From an uncultured Candidatus Micrarchaeota archaeon (GTDB lineage Archaea; Micrarchaeota; Micrarchaeia; Burarchaeales; Fermentimicrarchaeaceae), in NCBI GenBank assembly GCA_963760615.1, contig CAVXDX010000007.1, positions 40,982 to 104,981 of the forward strand: a DNA stretch of 64,000 nucleotides, written 5' to 3'. The position numbers were made by a program, and so were the translations under genes. The first letter of the stretch is position 1; each line of letters begins with the position of its first letter. Under the pieces are notes generated by a model. It worked only from the letters and a program-made list of their open reading frames with translations. It ran no database searches and had not been told where the DNA came from. Below, piece after piece: positions 26,670 to 36,489 of the stretch.

Positions 26670-27650
26670 ATGGTTGAGGGATATTTCCGTGGGAAGAATA
26701 TTTTAGTAACTGGAGGTACTGGAAGCTTTGGGCATCAAATTGTTTCCAGACTGATGCACATGAACCCAAGAAAGATTGTGGTTTTCAGCAGGGATGAGAA
26801 GAAGCAGTATGACATGCAGAATGAGTTTGATGATGAACTGATGGATTTTGTCATAGGGGATGTGAGAGATTACTGCGCGATTTATGGAGCGATGAAGAAA
26901 ATGAATGTTGTATATCACGCCGCGGCACTCAAACAGGTTCCAAACTGTGAGTTCCACCCCCTTGAGGCTGTTAAGACGAATGTTCTGGGAGCTGAAAACG
27001 TAAGGAGGGCGGCAATAGAGAATGGAGTGGATGTAGTTGTATCAATAAGTACTGACAAAGCGGTGAAGCCAATAAATGTTATGGGGATGACTAAAGCGAT
27101 ACAAGAGAGAATAATGCTCAGCCCTAGAGAAAGAGGGAACAATACTAAGTTTGTATGCGTTAGATACGGAAACGTCATTGGAAGCAGGGGTAGCGTAATC
27201 CCATTCTTCAAGGAGAGATTAGAGAAGGGGAAATTTCTTCCCGTAACCGATTACGAGATGACAAGGTTTCTGCTAACTCTTGATCAGGCTATAGACCTTG
27301 TCTTCCAAGCCACTAGAGAAGGAGAAAGCGGGCAGATTTTTGTCAGGAAGATGCCTGCATGCAAGATAATAGACTTGGCCAGAACCATGGCAAAGAATAT
27401 CACTGGCAGGAAGGATTACCCAATAAGGGAGGTGGGGATACGGCCTGGCGAGAAAATCCATGAAGTTCTGGTTTCGGAGGAGGAGATGCACAGGGTCGTT
27501 GAAACTGAGACGCATTACGTGATCTATCCTCACGGAAGATTGAAGAGACCAAAGCTGTTGAGGAACCTTAGGGAGTACACCTCAAATAATACTGAGATGC
27601 TAGATGAGAAGGGAATCGTTTCCCTGCTCAAGGCAGAAGGATGGGTATAA
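26670..27650 (+). CDS. UDP-GlcNAc 4,6-dehydratase/5-epimerase (FnlA/WbjB/CapE-like, CapD family)
   Basis: TGGTGSFG, FSRDEKKQ, HAAALKQVP.CE, MGMTKA, RYGNV.GSRGS and EYTSNNT motifs. Confidence 0.85.
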   Translation: MVEGYFRGKNILVTGGTGSFGHQIVSRLMHMNPRKIVVFSRDEKKQYDMQNEFDDELMDFVIGDVRDYCAIYGAMKKMNVVYHAAALKQVPNCEFHPLEAVKTNVLGAENVRRAAIENGVDVVVSISTDKAVKPINVMGMTKAIQERIMLSPRERGNNTKFVCVRYGNVIGSRGSVIPFFKERLEKGKFLPVTDYEMTRFLLTLDQAIDLVFQATREGESGQIFVRKMPACKIIDLARTMAKNITGRKDYPIREVGIRPGEKIHEVLVSEEEMHRVVETETHYVIYPHGRLKRPKLLRNLREYTSNNTEMLDEKGIVSLLKAEGWV

Positions 27651-28589
27651 ATGAAAATTTTTATAACTGGGGGGGAGGGACTTCTGGGTAGCGCTTTATC
27701 ATTTGAGCTGGTGGGAGAACATAGGGTAATATGCGGCTGCCATTCTGGATGCATTGAAATAAAGAACGACAACTTTTCTCGTGAGGCTTTCGACATCACA
27801 AAGGCGGATTCACTGAAAGTACTGGATAGAATATCACCTGATGTGATAATTCATGCAGCAGCCTTGACGGATTTGGAGCTGTGCGAGAGGAACCCAGTGG
27901 CGGCGCATGAGGTTAATGTGGCCGGCACCGGCAACGTTGTGAAAGCAGCCAAGAAATGCGGGGCCAAACTGGTGTACATATGCACTGATTATATATTCGA
28001 TGGTAGGAAAGGGAACTACTCTGAAATTGACAGGCCTCATCCTCTGTCGGTGTATGCAAGAACCAAACTGGGGGGGGAGAGAGTCATCGGAAGGAATTAT
28101 GATAACTTTCTGAGCATTAGGACCGATCTGCACGGCTGGAACCCCAACCCAGCCAAAACAAGCCTGTCATCCTTGGTGGTGAGCTCCTTGAGGCGTGGTA
28201 AGGAAGTGAATATAATCAAGAATCAGGTCAGCTCAATGATGTTCACGAATGACATTGCCGGAGTGATAATGAGGATGCTGGAGCAGGACCTGAAAGGCAT
28301 TTATAATATTACTAGCTCGGACTCTATGTCAAGATATGATTTTGCTTTGATAGTTGCAGAAGTGTTCAAACTTAATAAAGAACTTATACTCCCAATATCA
28401 TTAAATAAGTTGGCAAGAAAGATTTCACTCAAGGCTAAACGCCCTGAGAACGTTTCATTGGATGTCTCAAAGATAGAAGAGACGCTTGGGGAGAAAATGC
28501 CCAGCATCCGGGATGGCATTTTTTCAATGAAAAAGAAGGAGGAAGAATTTAAGAGTGGGGTGGTATGGGTTAAGGGAGGGAGGTTTTGA
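27651..28589 (+). CDS. RmlD-like NDP-4-keto-6-deoxysugar reductase (SDR)
   Basis: ITGGEGLLG, ICTDYIFDG and YARTK motifs. Confidence 0.85.
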   Translation: MKIFITGGEGLLGSALSFELVGEHRVICGCHSGCIEIKNDNFSREAFDITKADSLKVLDRISPDVIIHAAALTDLELCERNPVAAHEVNVAGTGNVVKAAKKCGAKLVYICTDYIFDGRKGNYSEIDRPHPLSVYARTKLGGERVIGRNYDNFLSIRTDLHGWNPNPAKTSLSSLVVSSLRRGKEVNIIKNQVSSMMFTNDIAGVIMRMLEQDLKGIYNITSSDSMSRYDFALIVAEVFKLNKELILPISLNKLARKISLKAKRPENVSLDVSKIEETLGEKMPSIRDGIFSMKKKEEEFKSGVVWVKGGRF

Positions 28590-28590
28590 T

Positions 28591-29280
28591 ATGCAAAAAA
28601 TAGGTTTCAAGGACGCGCGGGCGCTTGTTATATCCCCGCACCCAGATGATGAGGTTATAGGATGCGGCGGGACAATATCTAGAATTGTCAATGAAGGAGG
28701 GGAAGTATTCGTCCTTTTCGGTGCAGTTGGAAAGTGCAGGCAACTTGTAACTGGGCAGACGGATGAGAATGTCAGGCTGAAAGAGACGAAAAAAGTTTCG
28801 AAGAAGGCAGGATATCGGTATAAGTTTATGTTTGTAGGTGACGAATTTATGCATCTTGACTCAATTCCAAGAAAGAGATTGATAGATCCAATAGAGGACT
28901 GCGTGGCAGAGCTGAAGCCAGATATTGTTTTCATCCCATTCAGAAACAGCTATGACCAGGATCATGTGGCGATGTTCAATGCGGCCATAACTGCACTACG
29001 CCCAAGGCCTCAGAAGGTACGTCATTTTGTCCCAATTGTTCTTGAATACGAGGAGCCCTACTGCTGGGGTTCTGATGACTCTTTTGTCCCGAACTTCTAT
29101 GTGGATATAAGTAAGTTCCTTGTAAAAAAAATTGAACTTCTGAAGCTTCATGCTACTCAGTGCCGCAAGGATCCTTTTGCAAGAAGTGCGGAGAACCTAG
29201 TACGCCTTGCAGGTCTGCACGGTACTGCAGTTGGGGTTGAGGCAGCAGAGGCATTCAGGCTGCTCAGGTGCTACCTATGA
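28591..29280 (+). CDS. PIG-L/LmbE-family de-N-acetylase
   Basis: SPHPDDEVIGCGG and DQDH motifs, NFYVDIS...K...HATQ, AEAF. Confidence 0.85.
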   Translation: MQKIGFKDARALVISPHPDDEVIGCGGTISRIVNEGGEVFVLFGAVGKCRQLVTGQTDENVRLKETKKVSKKAGYRYKFMFVGDEFMHLDSIPRKRLIDPIEDCVAELKPDIVFIPFRNSYDQDHVAMFNAAITALRPRPQKVRHFVPIVLEYEEPYCWGSDDSFVPNFYVDISKFLVKKIELLKLHATQCRKDPFARSAENLVRLAGLHGTAVGVEAAEAFRLLRCYL

Positions 29281-29999
29281 GATTGAGAGTAGCATTCTTC
29301 GCATACCGCAATTGGGCATTTCAGTTAATAAAGAGAATAAAGAAAGCGGGTGGGTGGGAAATCGCAGCAGTTTACTCACCTGTGGAGCATGAGGATGCTG
29401 AGGGGCTTCATGTGGAATTTATGAATCCGAAAAATTTTGCTGCCATCCTTCCCAAACTCAGGAAGAAAGAGATAGAAATTCTGATTTTTATAGGATGGAG
29501 CTGGATTGTGCCAAAGGAAATTCTGGGAGGCTTCAAGTGCGTCTGCCTCCACCCATCGCCTCTGCCAAAATACAGGGGAGGTTCGCCACTGCAGAACCAG
29601 ATAATAAGGGGGGAGGAGGAAAGCGCAGTTACTCTGTTCTTCATGACCGTAGGACTGGATGATGGAGGTATAATAGAACAGAAGCGCTTCTCACTTGATG
29701 GAGAGCTGGCAGATATCTTCAACAGGCTTGCCGAGGTTGGCGCGGAGGCTGTGATGGGTATGCTTGACAGATTTGCAGAAGGTGATTTCAGCAGCATGAA
29801 ACAGGATGAGTCAAACGCAACTGTCTTCAAGAGGAGGAAGCCAGCAGAAAGCGAGATTAGAATATCCGACTTCAAGAAGAAGAGTGCAAAGGAGCTTCAC
29901 AATTTCGTCCGTGCTTTGCAGGATCCTTACCCTAACGCATTCATAGTCTGCAAGGATGGAAAAAAACTTTATATACTGAAAACTAAGATGGGGGAGTAG
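29277..29999 (+). CDS. Formyltransferase (Fmt-like, probable sugar N-formyltransferase)
   Basis: LHPSPLPKYRGGSP, GLDDGGI and VRALQDPYPNAF motifs; ATGA overlap with PIG-L. Confidence 0.82.
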   Translation: MRLRVAFFAYRNWAFQLIKRIKKAGGWEIAAVYSPVEHEDAEGLHVEFMNPKNFAAILPKLRKKEIEILIFIGWSWIVPKEILGGFKCVCLHPSPLPKYRGGSPLQNQIIRGEEESAVTLFFMTVGLDDGGIIEQKRFSLDGELADIFNRLAEVGAEAVMGMLDRFAEGDFSSMKQDESNATVFKRRKPAESEIRISDFKKKSAKELHNFVRALQDPYPNAFIVCKDGKKLYILKTKMGE

Positions 30000-30006
30000 T
30001 GAGTAC

Positions 30007-30390
30007 ATGAAAATAGATGTAACGGAACTCAAAAAGCATGAGGACCCTCGCGGAGTATTGTTCGAAGTGCTAAGACGAGACGAAACTGACGAGGATATTA
30101 AACTTATCCACTTCTCTACCTCCAAAAAGGGCGCAGTAAGAGGTGGTCATTATCACAAGAGGAGGGTTGAATGGTTCTGTGTTGTTAAGGGGGAGGGCAA
30201 GCTGGTTATTGAGGATAATGAGACAGGTGAGAAGAAGGAGCTGATTCTATCGGGAGAAAGTCCAATCTTGGTCAAGATTCCTCCAAACACGAAGCATTCA
30301 ATCCAAAATATCGGGGAGGGGGAGATGTATCTCATATCTGTGACGAATGAAGTTTTTAATCCGAAAGATTCGGATACATTTAAGCTTTAG
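30007..30390 (+). CDS. WxcM/FnlB-C-terminal-like cupin (sugar isomerase/epimerase)
   Basis: HEDPRG.LFE, RGGHYHK..VEWF.V..G, IPP..KHSIQNIG and FNPKDSDT motifs. Confidence 0.8.
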   Translation: MKIDVTELKKHEDPRGVLFEVLRRDETDEDIKLIHFSTSKKGAVRGGHYHKRRVEWFCVVKGEGKLVIEDNETGEKKELILSGESPILVKIPPNTKHSIQNIGEGEMYLISVTNEVFNPKDSDTFKL

Positions 30391-31144
30391 AGAATATTGC
30401 TAGGATACTATCGCCCATTCCAATCTTTTCAAAAAATAAGGCAAGAGGCATCAAGAGTCTATAGTTTATGCTGAGTAGTCTAACCCTCTCCTCTCTGAAA
30501 CCAGACTCCTTCATAAGGTTGATGAGTGTTTTCGGACTGAAGTGCCAGAAATGCTCCTCTGGGCTGTATGGGTACCACCTGGACCCAAGCACGGTTCTCA
30601 TTGCTCCATCAATATTCGGGGCTCCGATAACCAGTATGCCATCATCCTCGAGCATTCTCACAGCCCTGGCTAGGAAACTTTTCGGGTTTTTTAAATGTTC
30701 GATTACATGATTCATAGTTATGACATCAAATTTCCTTTCTGGGTTGAAGTCTTCGAAATTCTCGTTGATGACCTTGTTTGTCACGAATTTATGCGCATAC
30801 CTCACCCTGCTGGCATCTATTTCCACCCCAATGGCATCAAAGCCCTGTTTATTCGCTTCGTCAACAAGAATTCCCTCCGCACAACCTACATCCAAAAGCA
30901 CTCCTTTCTTTTTGAAAGCAGTCACCTCATTCAAAATCTGTTTTGCAAATTTTCTCCACAAAATTTCTCTTTGTATATTTCGTTTCAGCTCTTTGGCTGC
31001 ACCAGCTTTCCTATGAAGTTCTGGGGCTGGGACGGTTCTGCATAATCCGCATTTAGTGCATCTGACAACTTCGAAGTTCCTGCCGGAGAATAAGCTGGTG
31101 CTTTCATAAGAGCCACACAGGCACCTTCCAAATTTCTTTTCCAT
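30380..31144 (-). CDS. Class I SAM-dependent methyltransferase with N-terminal Cys cluster
   Basis: CLC...CTKC, LLDVGCAEG, NHVIEHL and PEEHFWHFS motifs. Confidence 0.85.
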   Translation of the reverse strand: MEKKFGRCLCGSYESTSLFSGRNFEVVRCTKCGLCRTVPAPELHRKAGAAKELKRNIQREILWRKFAKQILNEVTAFKKKGVLLDVGCAEGILVDEANKQGFDAIGVEIDASRVRYAHKFVTNKVINENFEDFNPERKFDVITMNHVIEHLKNPKSFLARAVRMLEDDGILVIGAPNIDGAMRTVLGSRWYPYSPEEHFWHFSPKTLINLMKESGFREERVRLLSINYRLLMPLALFFEKIGMGDSILAIFSKA

Positions 31145-31191
31145 AGATTAATCTAGCAAGGATTATTATTTATTTCGTGTAGATTATACTT

Positions 31192-32130
31192 ATGGCTGTT
31201 AAAAAAGAAGGAATGAATAAGCTGGTTTCAGTCATCATCTTAAACTGGAATGGGAAGCGTTTTCTCAAAGACTGTCTCGGCACTCTGCTGAAGCAGGATT
31301 ATCCAAATTTTGAAGTGATATTTTCGGACAACGGTTCAAGTGACGGCTCTCAGGAATTTGTGAGGGAGAAATTCCCTTCTGTCAGAATAGTTGAGAATGG
31401 GGAGAACCTAGGGTTCAGCGGAGGCAATAATGCTGGGATAAGGGCTGCAAGGGGAGAGTATATCGTGCTGCTGAACAACGATATGGTATTTCACAGGAAG
31501 GACTGTTTGAGTGAGCTCGTGAAGGCTGCAGAAAGCGACAAGAGGATTGGAATTGTTGGAGGTATGTTCCTCTGGGTAAGTCAGCCTAAGAGGATACAGA
31601 ATATACGGGGGGCTAGTCTTCCGAAGGTTCTGCCGAGCTTGTCCATTGCCGCATTGACCAACATTGCAGTTAGCACAGCCGATGCTCCTTTTGAGGAGGA
31701 CATGGGGCAGTATAAAGAGCTTATAGACATTGACGCAGTCGATGGATTGATAAAGCGGGAGGTTATTGGAAGGATAGGGCTGTATGACGAAAAGTTCTTT
31801 TTCACCTATGATGACGCGGATTTCTGTTACAGGGCTAAGCAGGCAGGCTATAGGATTGTTACAAATCCCAATGCAAAGATGTGGCATGTGGGGGCTGGCA
31901 CAATCAGCGCAGTCACTCCGTTTTACGTATACTACTCCTACAGAGGAAAATTGAGGTTCGGCCTTAAGCATTTCCGAGGTTTGAAGAAGATTGCATTTGC
32001 ACTGCTGAATTCTATTGCTCTCCCCTTCTTACTCCTCAAGTTTATACTGACGCTAAGATTTGATTTGATAATTCCGCTGCTAAAGGCATATGCATGGAAT
32101 ATTGCAAGCTTCAGGGATTATAGAGTGTGA
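31192..32130 (+). CDS. GT2 glycosyltransferase
   Basis: SVIILNWNG, DNGSSDGS, LLNND and YDDADF motifs. Confidence 0.92.
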   Translation: MAVKKEGMNKLVSVIILNWNGKRFLKDCLGTLLKQDYPNFEVIFSDNGSSDGSQEFVREKFPSVRIVENGENLGFSGGNNAGIRAARGEYIVLLNNDMVFHRKDCLSELVKAAESDKRIGIVGGMFLWVSQPKRIQNIRGASLPKVLPSLSIAALTNIAVSTADAPFEEDMGQYKELIDIDAVDGLIKREVIGRIGLYDEKFFFTYDDADFCYRAKQAGYRIVTNPNAKMWHVGAGTISAVTPFYVYYSYRGKLRFGLKHFRGLKKIAFALLNSIALPFLLLKFILTLRFDLIIPLLKAYAWNIASFRDYRV

Positions 32131-32134
32131 GGAT

Positions 32135-33211
32135 ATGGAAGTGAGCTTTGTTGGAACAGGAGTTTTGTCTATACCCCCTCTCTATGGAGGTGCGACTGAG
32201 AGGGTTATATTTGAGCTGGGGTGCGCTCTAGCAAAGATGAGAGGGGTGAATGTTAGGATATTTGACTACGAGCATCCAATCCCGCGAACTCCTAAAAATT
32301 TGGAGTATGTTACGGTGAATGGTATTCCCATAAAGAAGCACTCCTTCTTCTCAATTCTTGCTCTGTTGAGGAGCATGGGTTCCAAGAGCGATATTTTCCA
32401 CTGCAGTTTGGCAATCTCATCAATACTGTTTTCAAAAACTTATGGTAGGACAGTGTACACTTCGCACTCCCCATTCTGGTTTGACCCGGGTAGATTCAAC
32501 AAAACTGAAATACGCGCTATTAAGAACGCTGCCTATAATGTGGCAATCTCTAAAGATATCTATGGGAAGATGCGACGTTACAATGAGAATACAGCGTATG
32601 TTCCAAACGGGGTGAATACAGATAAATTCAGACCACCTAAAAAGAGAGAGACTTCCCCAAATGTTATTTTTGTTGGTAGGATAGACAAACAGAAGGGCCT
32701 TGAATACCTCGTTGAAGCAATTAGTAAGTTGGTGGTGGATATCCCTGATGTGAGGGTGCGGTGCATCGGCCCGACGTCATTTTATGGGGATGCCGAAAGC
32801 GAGTACTCCATAAGTCTGCAGAAACTGGTCAGCGAGCATGAGCTGAAAGATAATTTTATTTTTACGAGGAAGGTTGATGAGCAGGAGCTTTTGGAATACT
32901 ACAGACGCTCATCTCTATTCGTACTTCCTTCAGTTTCTGAGGGAATGCCGCTGGTAATCCTGGAGGCTATGGCATGCGGTCTTCCGGTCATAGCAACCGA
33001 CGTCAGCGGCGTGAGAGACGTATTAGATGACAAGGTTGGCAGGATAATCCCAAAGAGAGACTCTGCGGCACTTGCGACGGAGATGCGGACTATACTCTCT
33101 GACAGCTCCCTTGCGGGGAGGATGTCTAAAAACGCTAGGAGGAGAGCTGAGTCATTCAACTGGAATAGAATAGCAAAAAAAACTCTTGCGGTATACAAGA
33201 AGGTGTTGTAA
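32135..33211 (+). CDS. GT4 glycosyltransferase
   Basis: PPLYGGATE, FVGRI..QKG and EGMPLVILEAMACG motifs. Confidence 0.92.
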   Translation: MEVSFVGTGVLSIPPLYGGATERVIFELGCALAKMRGVNVRIFDYEHPIPRTPKNLEYVTVNGIPIKKHSFFSILALLRSMGSKSDIFHCSLAISSILFSKTYGRTVYTSHSPFWFDPGRFNKTEIRAIKNAAYNVAISKDIYGKMRRYNENTAYVPNGVNTDKFRPPKKRETSPNVIFVGRIDKQKGLEYLVEAISKLVVDIPDVRVRCIGPTSFYGDAESEYSISLQKLVSEHELKDNFIFTRKVDEQELLEYYRRSSLFVLPSVSEGMPLVILEAMACGLPVIATDVSGVRDVLDDKVGRIIPKRDSAALATEMRTILSDSSLAGRMSKNARRRAESFNWNRIAKKTLAVYKKVL

Positions 33212-33214
33212 TTT

Positions 33215-34126
33215 ATGAAGGTCTCAGTGATAATACCCGCGCATAACGAGGAGAGCGTTATCGGAAAGTGTCTTGCGAGCTGCTTCAAGCAGGTTGTGCA
33301 ACCATACGAAGTGATAGTTGTGAATGACGGTTCGACAGACAGAACAGAAAAGATAGCACTAGAGCATCGCGCAAGTGTAATTCATTATGACAAGGGACAT
33401 TCCGCTGCATTCGCAAGGAACAGGGGTGCGGAAGCAGCAAAAGGCGACGTGGTATTCTTTCTCGATGCAGACCAAGAACTGCCGAGGAATGACTTTCTGA
33501 AGATACTGGAGCAGGATATAAAAGGAGTTGATGGAGTGATATGCCCATTCCAACCCCCAGAAGCTAAGAACCTGCTGCAACGGATAAGTAACACGGGCTA
33601 CCATGACTCTTATACGCCCCATGAGAAGTTCATGGTGGACAGAAACAGCAGATACAAGTATGTCATCCACGCCATGCGAAAAAAAACCTTCAAAGAACTC
33701 GGCGGCTATGACGAAAGCATATTCTACTTCGAGGATGCTGACTTGGAGGAGCGGTTTTATAACAAAGAGCACAAGGCACTATACGACTGGAGGCTGGTGT
33801 ATTACAACGAATACCCTGAAACGTTCTGGGAGTTCATAAGGCAGGCGGAATGGATGGGCAGGGGGGCATATACGATGCTGAAGAAGGGGAAGTTCTACCT
33901 TAAGAACGCAGCATTCTGGTCGGTGTATGTGTTATTTCTTGTACTGTCTTTTGTGAATGTAATATTCCTCGTGGTATTCATAATAATGAACGGCTATATC
34001 CTTGCGAAAGCAGTCAGTCTATATAAGAAATCCCATGACTTTATAGGTTCGCTGGCATTGCAATTCATACTCGGTGTCCGTTCTTTCTTCGTATTAAAGG
34101 GATTTATAGCGGAAGCAATAAAATGA
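33215..34126 (+). CDS. GT2 glycosyltransferase with C-terminal TM segments
   Basis: SVIIPAHNEE, NDGSTD, FLDAD and FEDADL motifs. Confidence 0.9.
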   Translation: MKVSVIIPAHNEESVIGKCLASCFKQVVQPYEVIVVNDGSTDRTEKIALEHRASVIHYDKGHSAAFARNRGAEAAKGDVVFFLDADQELPRNDFLKILEQDIKGVDGVICPFQPPEAKNLLQRISNTGYHDSYTPHEKFMVDRNSRYKYVIHAMRKKTFKELGGYDESIFYFEDADLEERFYNKEHKALYDWRLVYYNEYPETFWEFIRQAEWMGRGAYTMLKKGKFYLKNAAFWSVYVLFLVLSFVNVIFLVVFIIMNGYILAKAVSLYKKSHDFIGSLALQFILGVRSFFVLKGFIAEAIK

Positions 34127-34130
34127 TTAT

Positions 34131-35189
34131 ATGAAAATTGCATTCCTAAGCCCATTCAACGAGGAAAGTGCTGGGACGAATAGGTTGCAGAACTTCTCGA
34201 ACTCACTCAACAGATTAGGGAATGAGACGAAAGTGTTCTGCTTGGGGAACTATTCGGGTATATTCCACTATAAGGCATATGATTTAATCCACGTCTTGAA
34301 ACCGCATTATAGAAGCGGACTACCGGCGTACCTACTAAGGAAATTTGGATTTTTTAGGAGAGCCATACTTGATTTTGATGATATAGATTGGTTGATTCTA
34401 GAGGAGAGAGGGCGGTTCTGGGATGCTAGAATTAGCAAGTTTCTAGAAAGTCTTCTCACAAACCGATTTGATGGCATAATCGCAGGGAATGACATCCTGG
34501 CAGATTACTTATACGAAAAAGTTGGAACTAGAAAAGAGAAAGTTATGGAGATTATTCCGAATGGGGTGGATACAAGGCTATTCAGCCCACGCAAGAGAGA
34601 AACGGGGTTGAGGAAACATTACAAAATATTCAATTCAAAATTGATAACCTACGTGGGAACACTTGCATCCGTAGAGCAGATTTCACCCATACTCAAAGGA
34701 TTCCGGGCAATTTCGAATAAGTATGACAATGTGAAACTCATGATTGTGGGAGATGGAAACGCAAAGGAGGAACTGGTTGGCTTGGCACACTCTCTGGGCA
34801 TACACAAAAAGATGGTCTTCACTGGGAGGGTGGACCACAAGCGGATTCCGAATTATCTCGGTGAATCAGATGTATTGATTCATATTCCTTTCAGCCCCAG
34901 AACGGCAAGTTTTGCAAACCCAAGTGCCAAAGGACCAGAATACATGGCAATGGAGAAGCCAATCATTGGGGCGAATTGCGGCTATGCTCCAGTAATGCTT
35001 GATGGGGGGAAAGCAGCATTCCTAATCAATACACCAGAACCACTAGAAGTGCTAAGAGCCTACGAAGAGATAATCAACAACCCGAAGGAAGCGAAAAAAA
35101 GAGCAAAGAGAGCTCGGCAACTTGCAGTGGAGAGATATGACTGGGACATCCTGGCAAGAAGATTAGAGAAAGCATATGAAAGGGTGTGA
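34131..35189 (+). CDS. GT4 glycosyltransferase
   Basis: IIPNGVDT, YVGTL, K.PEYMAMEKPI and YDWDILA motifs. Confidence 0.88.
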   Translation: MKIAFLSPFNEESAGTNRLQNFSNSLNRLGNETKVFCLGNYSGIFHYKAYDLIHVLKPHYRSGLPAYLLRKFGFFRRAILDFDDIDWLILEERGRFWDARISKFLESLLTNRFDGIIAGNDILADYLYEKVGTRKEKVMEIIPNGVDTRLFSPRKRETGLRKHYKIFNSKLITYVGTLASVEQISPILKGFRAISNKYDNVKLMIVGDGNAKEELVGLAHSLGIHKKMVFTGRVDHKRIPNYLGESDVLIHIPFSPRTASFANPSAKGPEYMAMEKPIIGANCGYAPVMLDGGKAAFLINTPEPLEVLRAYEEIINNPKEAKKRAKRARQLAVERYDWDILARRLEKAYERV

Positions 35190-35200
35190 GGAGTTGCATT

Positions 35201-36271
35201 TTAGCTTAACACTCTGCGGTATAATTTTATATATCCTTCTGCCATCTTTTCTGCAGTGTAGTTCTCCATAAAACGCCTATAGCTCTCCTGTCCGAGTTTC
35301 TTTCTCTGCTTATCATCCTCTAGAAGCGTTTCAATTGCCTTCGCCAGTGCTTTCGGGTCTTTCGGTTCATAGAGCAATCCTGTATTACCTATAACTTCTG
35401 CTAAGGCGGGAAATGCGGTATGGACTATTGGCACTTTGTGGGACATCGCTTCTAGAGCTACCAGACCGAATGACTCCCAGAGAGAGGTGAGTGCAAATAT
35501 ATCCGCTTTATTGAACAACGACTCCTTGCGGCGCTCTCCTACACTTCCAAGAAGAGTGACTTTGCCTTCCACTCCAAGGTGATGTATAAGCTCCGAAAGG
35601 TTTTTTTGCTCTGGGCCTGTGCCGGCTATCAGAACCCTGAAGTCTTTGTTTTTTATAAGCGGGACGGCGCGGACTAGATGTTCAAAGCCCTTCTGCTTTG
35701 CGAGCCTCCCTATTGCAAACACGACTTTCTTGCCATCCGATTTCTTTCTTGAAACTTTTGTTGGCGGTATGCCGTTGGGTATCATGGTGATTCTTTCGCC
35801 ATGGGGCATTCTGTAGTGCGCAATCATATCGCGCATAACAGCTTCCGAGACTGCAACTGGATGTTTCGCATTGTGGAAAGCAGAATGCTCCATCCTGTTT
35901 ATAACGTGCCGGTAGTACAGCCTTCGTATCCACGAGACGTCGTCTCCCATGGCCTCCAGATATCCCAGGCCGACTCCATGGCAGACAGGTATCGCTGGCT
36001 TGTCTTTTACGTATCTCAACAGCCATGAAGCCCAGGAGTTTGCCTGCACTATGTCAACCTTCTTTTCCAGCTCCCTGAGTTTGGGGTATAGCAGAGTGGA
36101 GAGAAGAGCCCGCGGTGATTTAGTTGTATACTTGGTTGTGCTTTCTGGCAGGCAGGCAACTTCGGTCTCTATGCCTTTCTTATTCAGCTCTGCAACTAGG
36201 TGGCGATTGACTACCTCAATTCCACCGTTATACGAAAAAATTGGAAATGGATTGAGGATGCCAATTTTCAT
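35201..36271 (-). CDS. GT4 glycosyltransferase (opposite strand within the cluster)
   Basis: GGIE, IPNGI, IGRLAKQKG and ESFGLVALEAM motifs. Confidence 0.92.
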   Translation of the reverse strand: MKIGILNPFPIFSYNGGIEVVNRHLVAELNKKGIETEVACLPESTTKYTTKSPRALLSTLLYPKLRELEKKVDIVQANSWASWLLRYVKDKPAIPVCHGVGLGYLEAMGDDVSWIRRLYYRHVINRMEHSAFHNAKHPVAVSEAVMRDMIAHYRMPHGERITMIPNGIPPTKVSRKKSDGKKVVFAIGRLAKQKGFEHLVRAVPLIKNKDFRVLIAGTGPEQKNLSELIHHLGVEGKVTLLGSVGERRKESLFNKADIFALTSLWESFGLVALEAMSHKVPIVHTAFPALAEVIGNTGLLYEPKDPKALAKAIETLLEDDKQRKKLGQESYRRFMENYTAEKMAEGYIKLYRRVLS

Positions 36272-36489
36272 TTCTTCTCAACTCTGTTTATTCCTTGGGC
36301 TTCTGGTTTGATTTCTCATAGAAAGCCCTCCTCTATTGGGAATAATATTATGCGCAAGAGTAATAAAGGTAACTTGGCAAATAATAAGATGCGGAGGAAT
36401 TTTAGAATTCATCAGGTTCAGAAGGGGTATTTTGTACGGCCACCATGATGACCGGTCGATGCAATTTCATTATTATATGAGGTGTTTGG

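Noticed and set aside
36272-36489. 218-bp gap with short ORFs, including a hydrophobic minus-strand peptide (ILKFLRILLFAKLPLLL...)
   Set aside because: There is no convincing start, SD or family motif. The gap is more simply the divergent promoter region of the GT4 and oxidoreductase genes.
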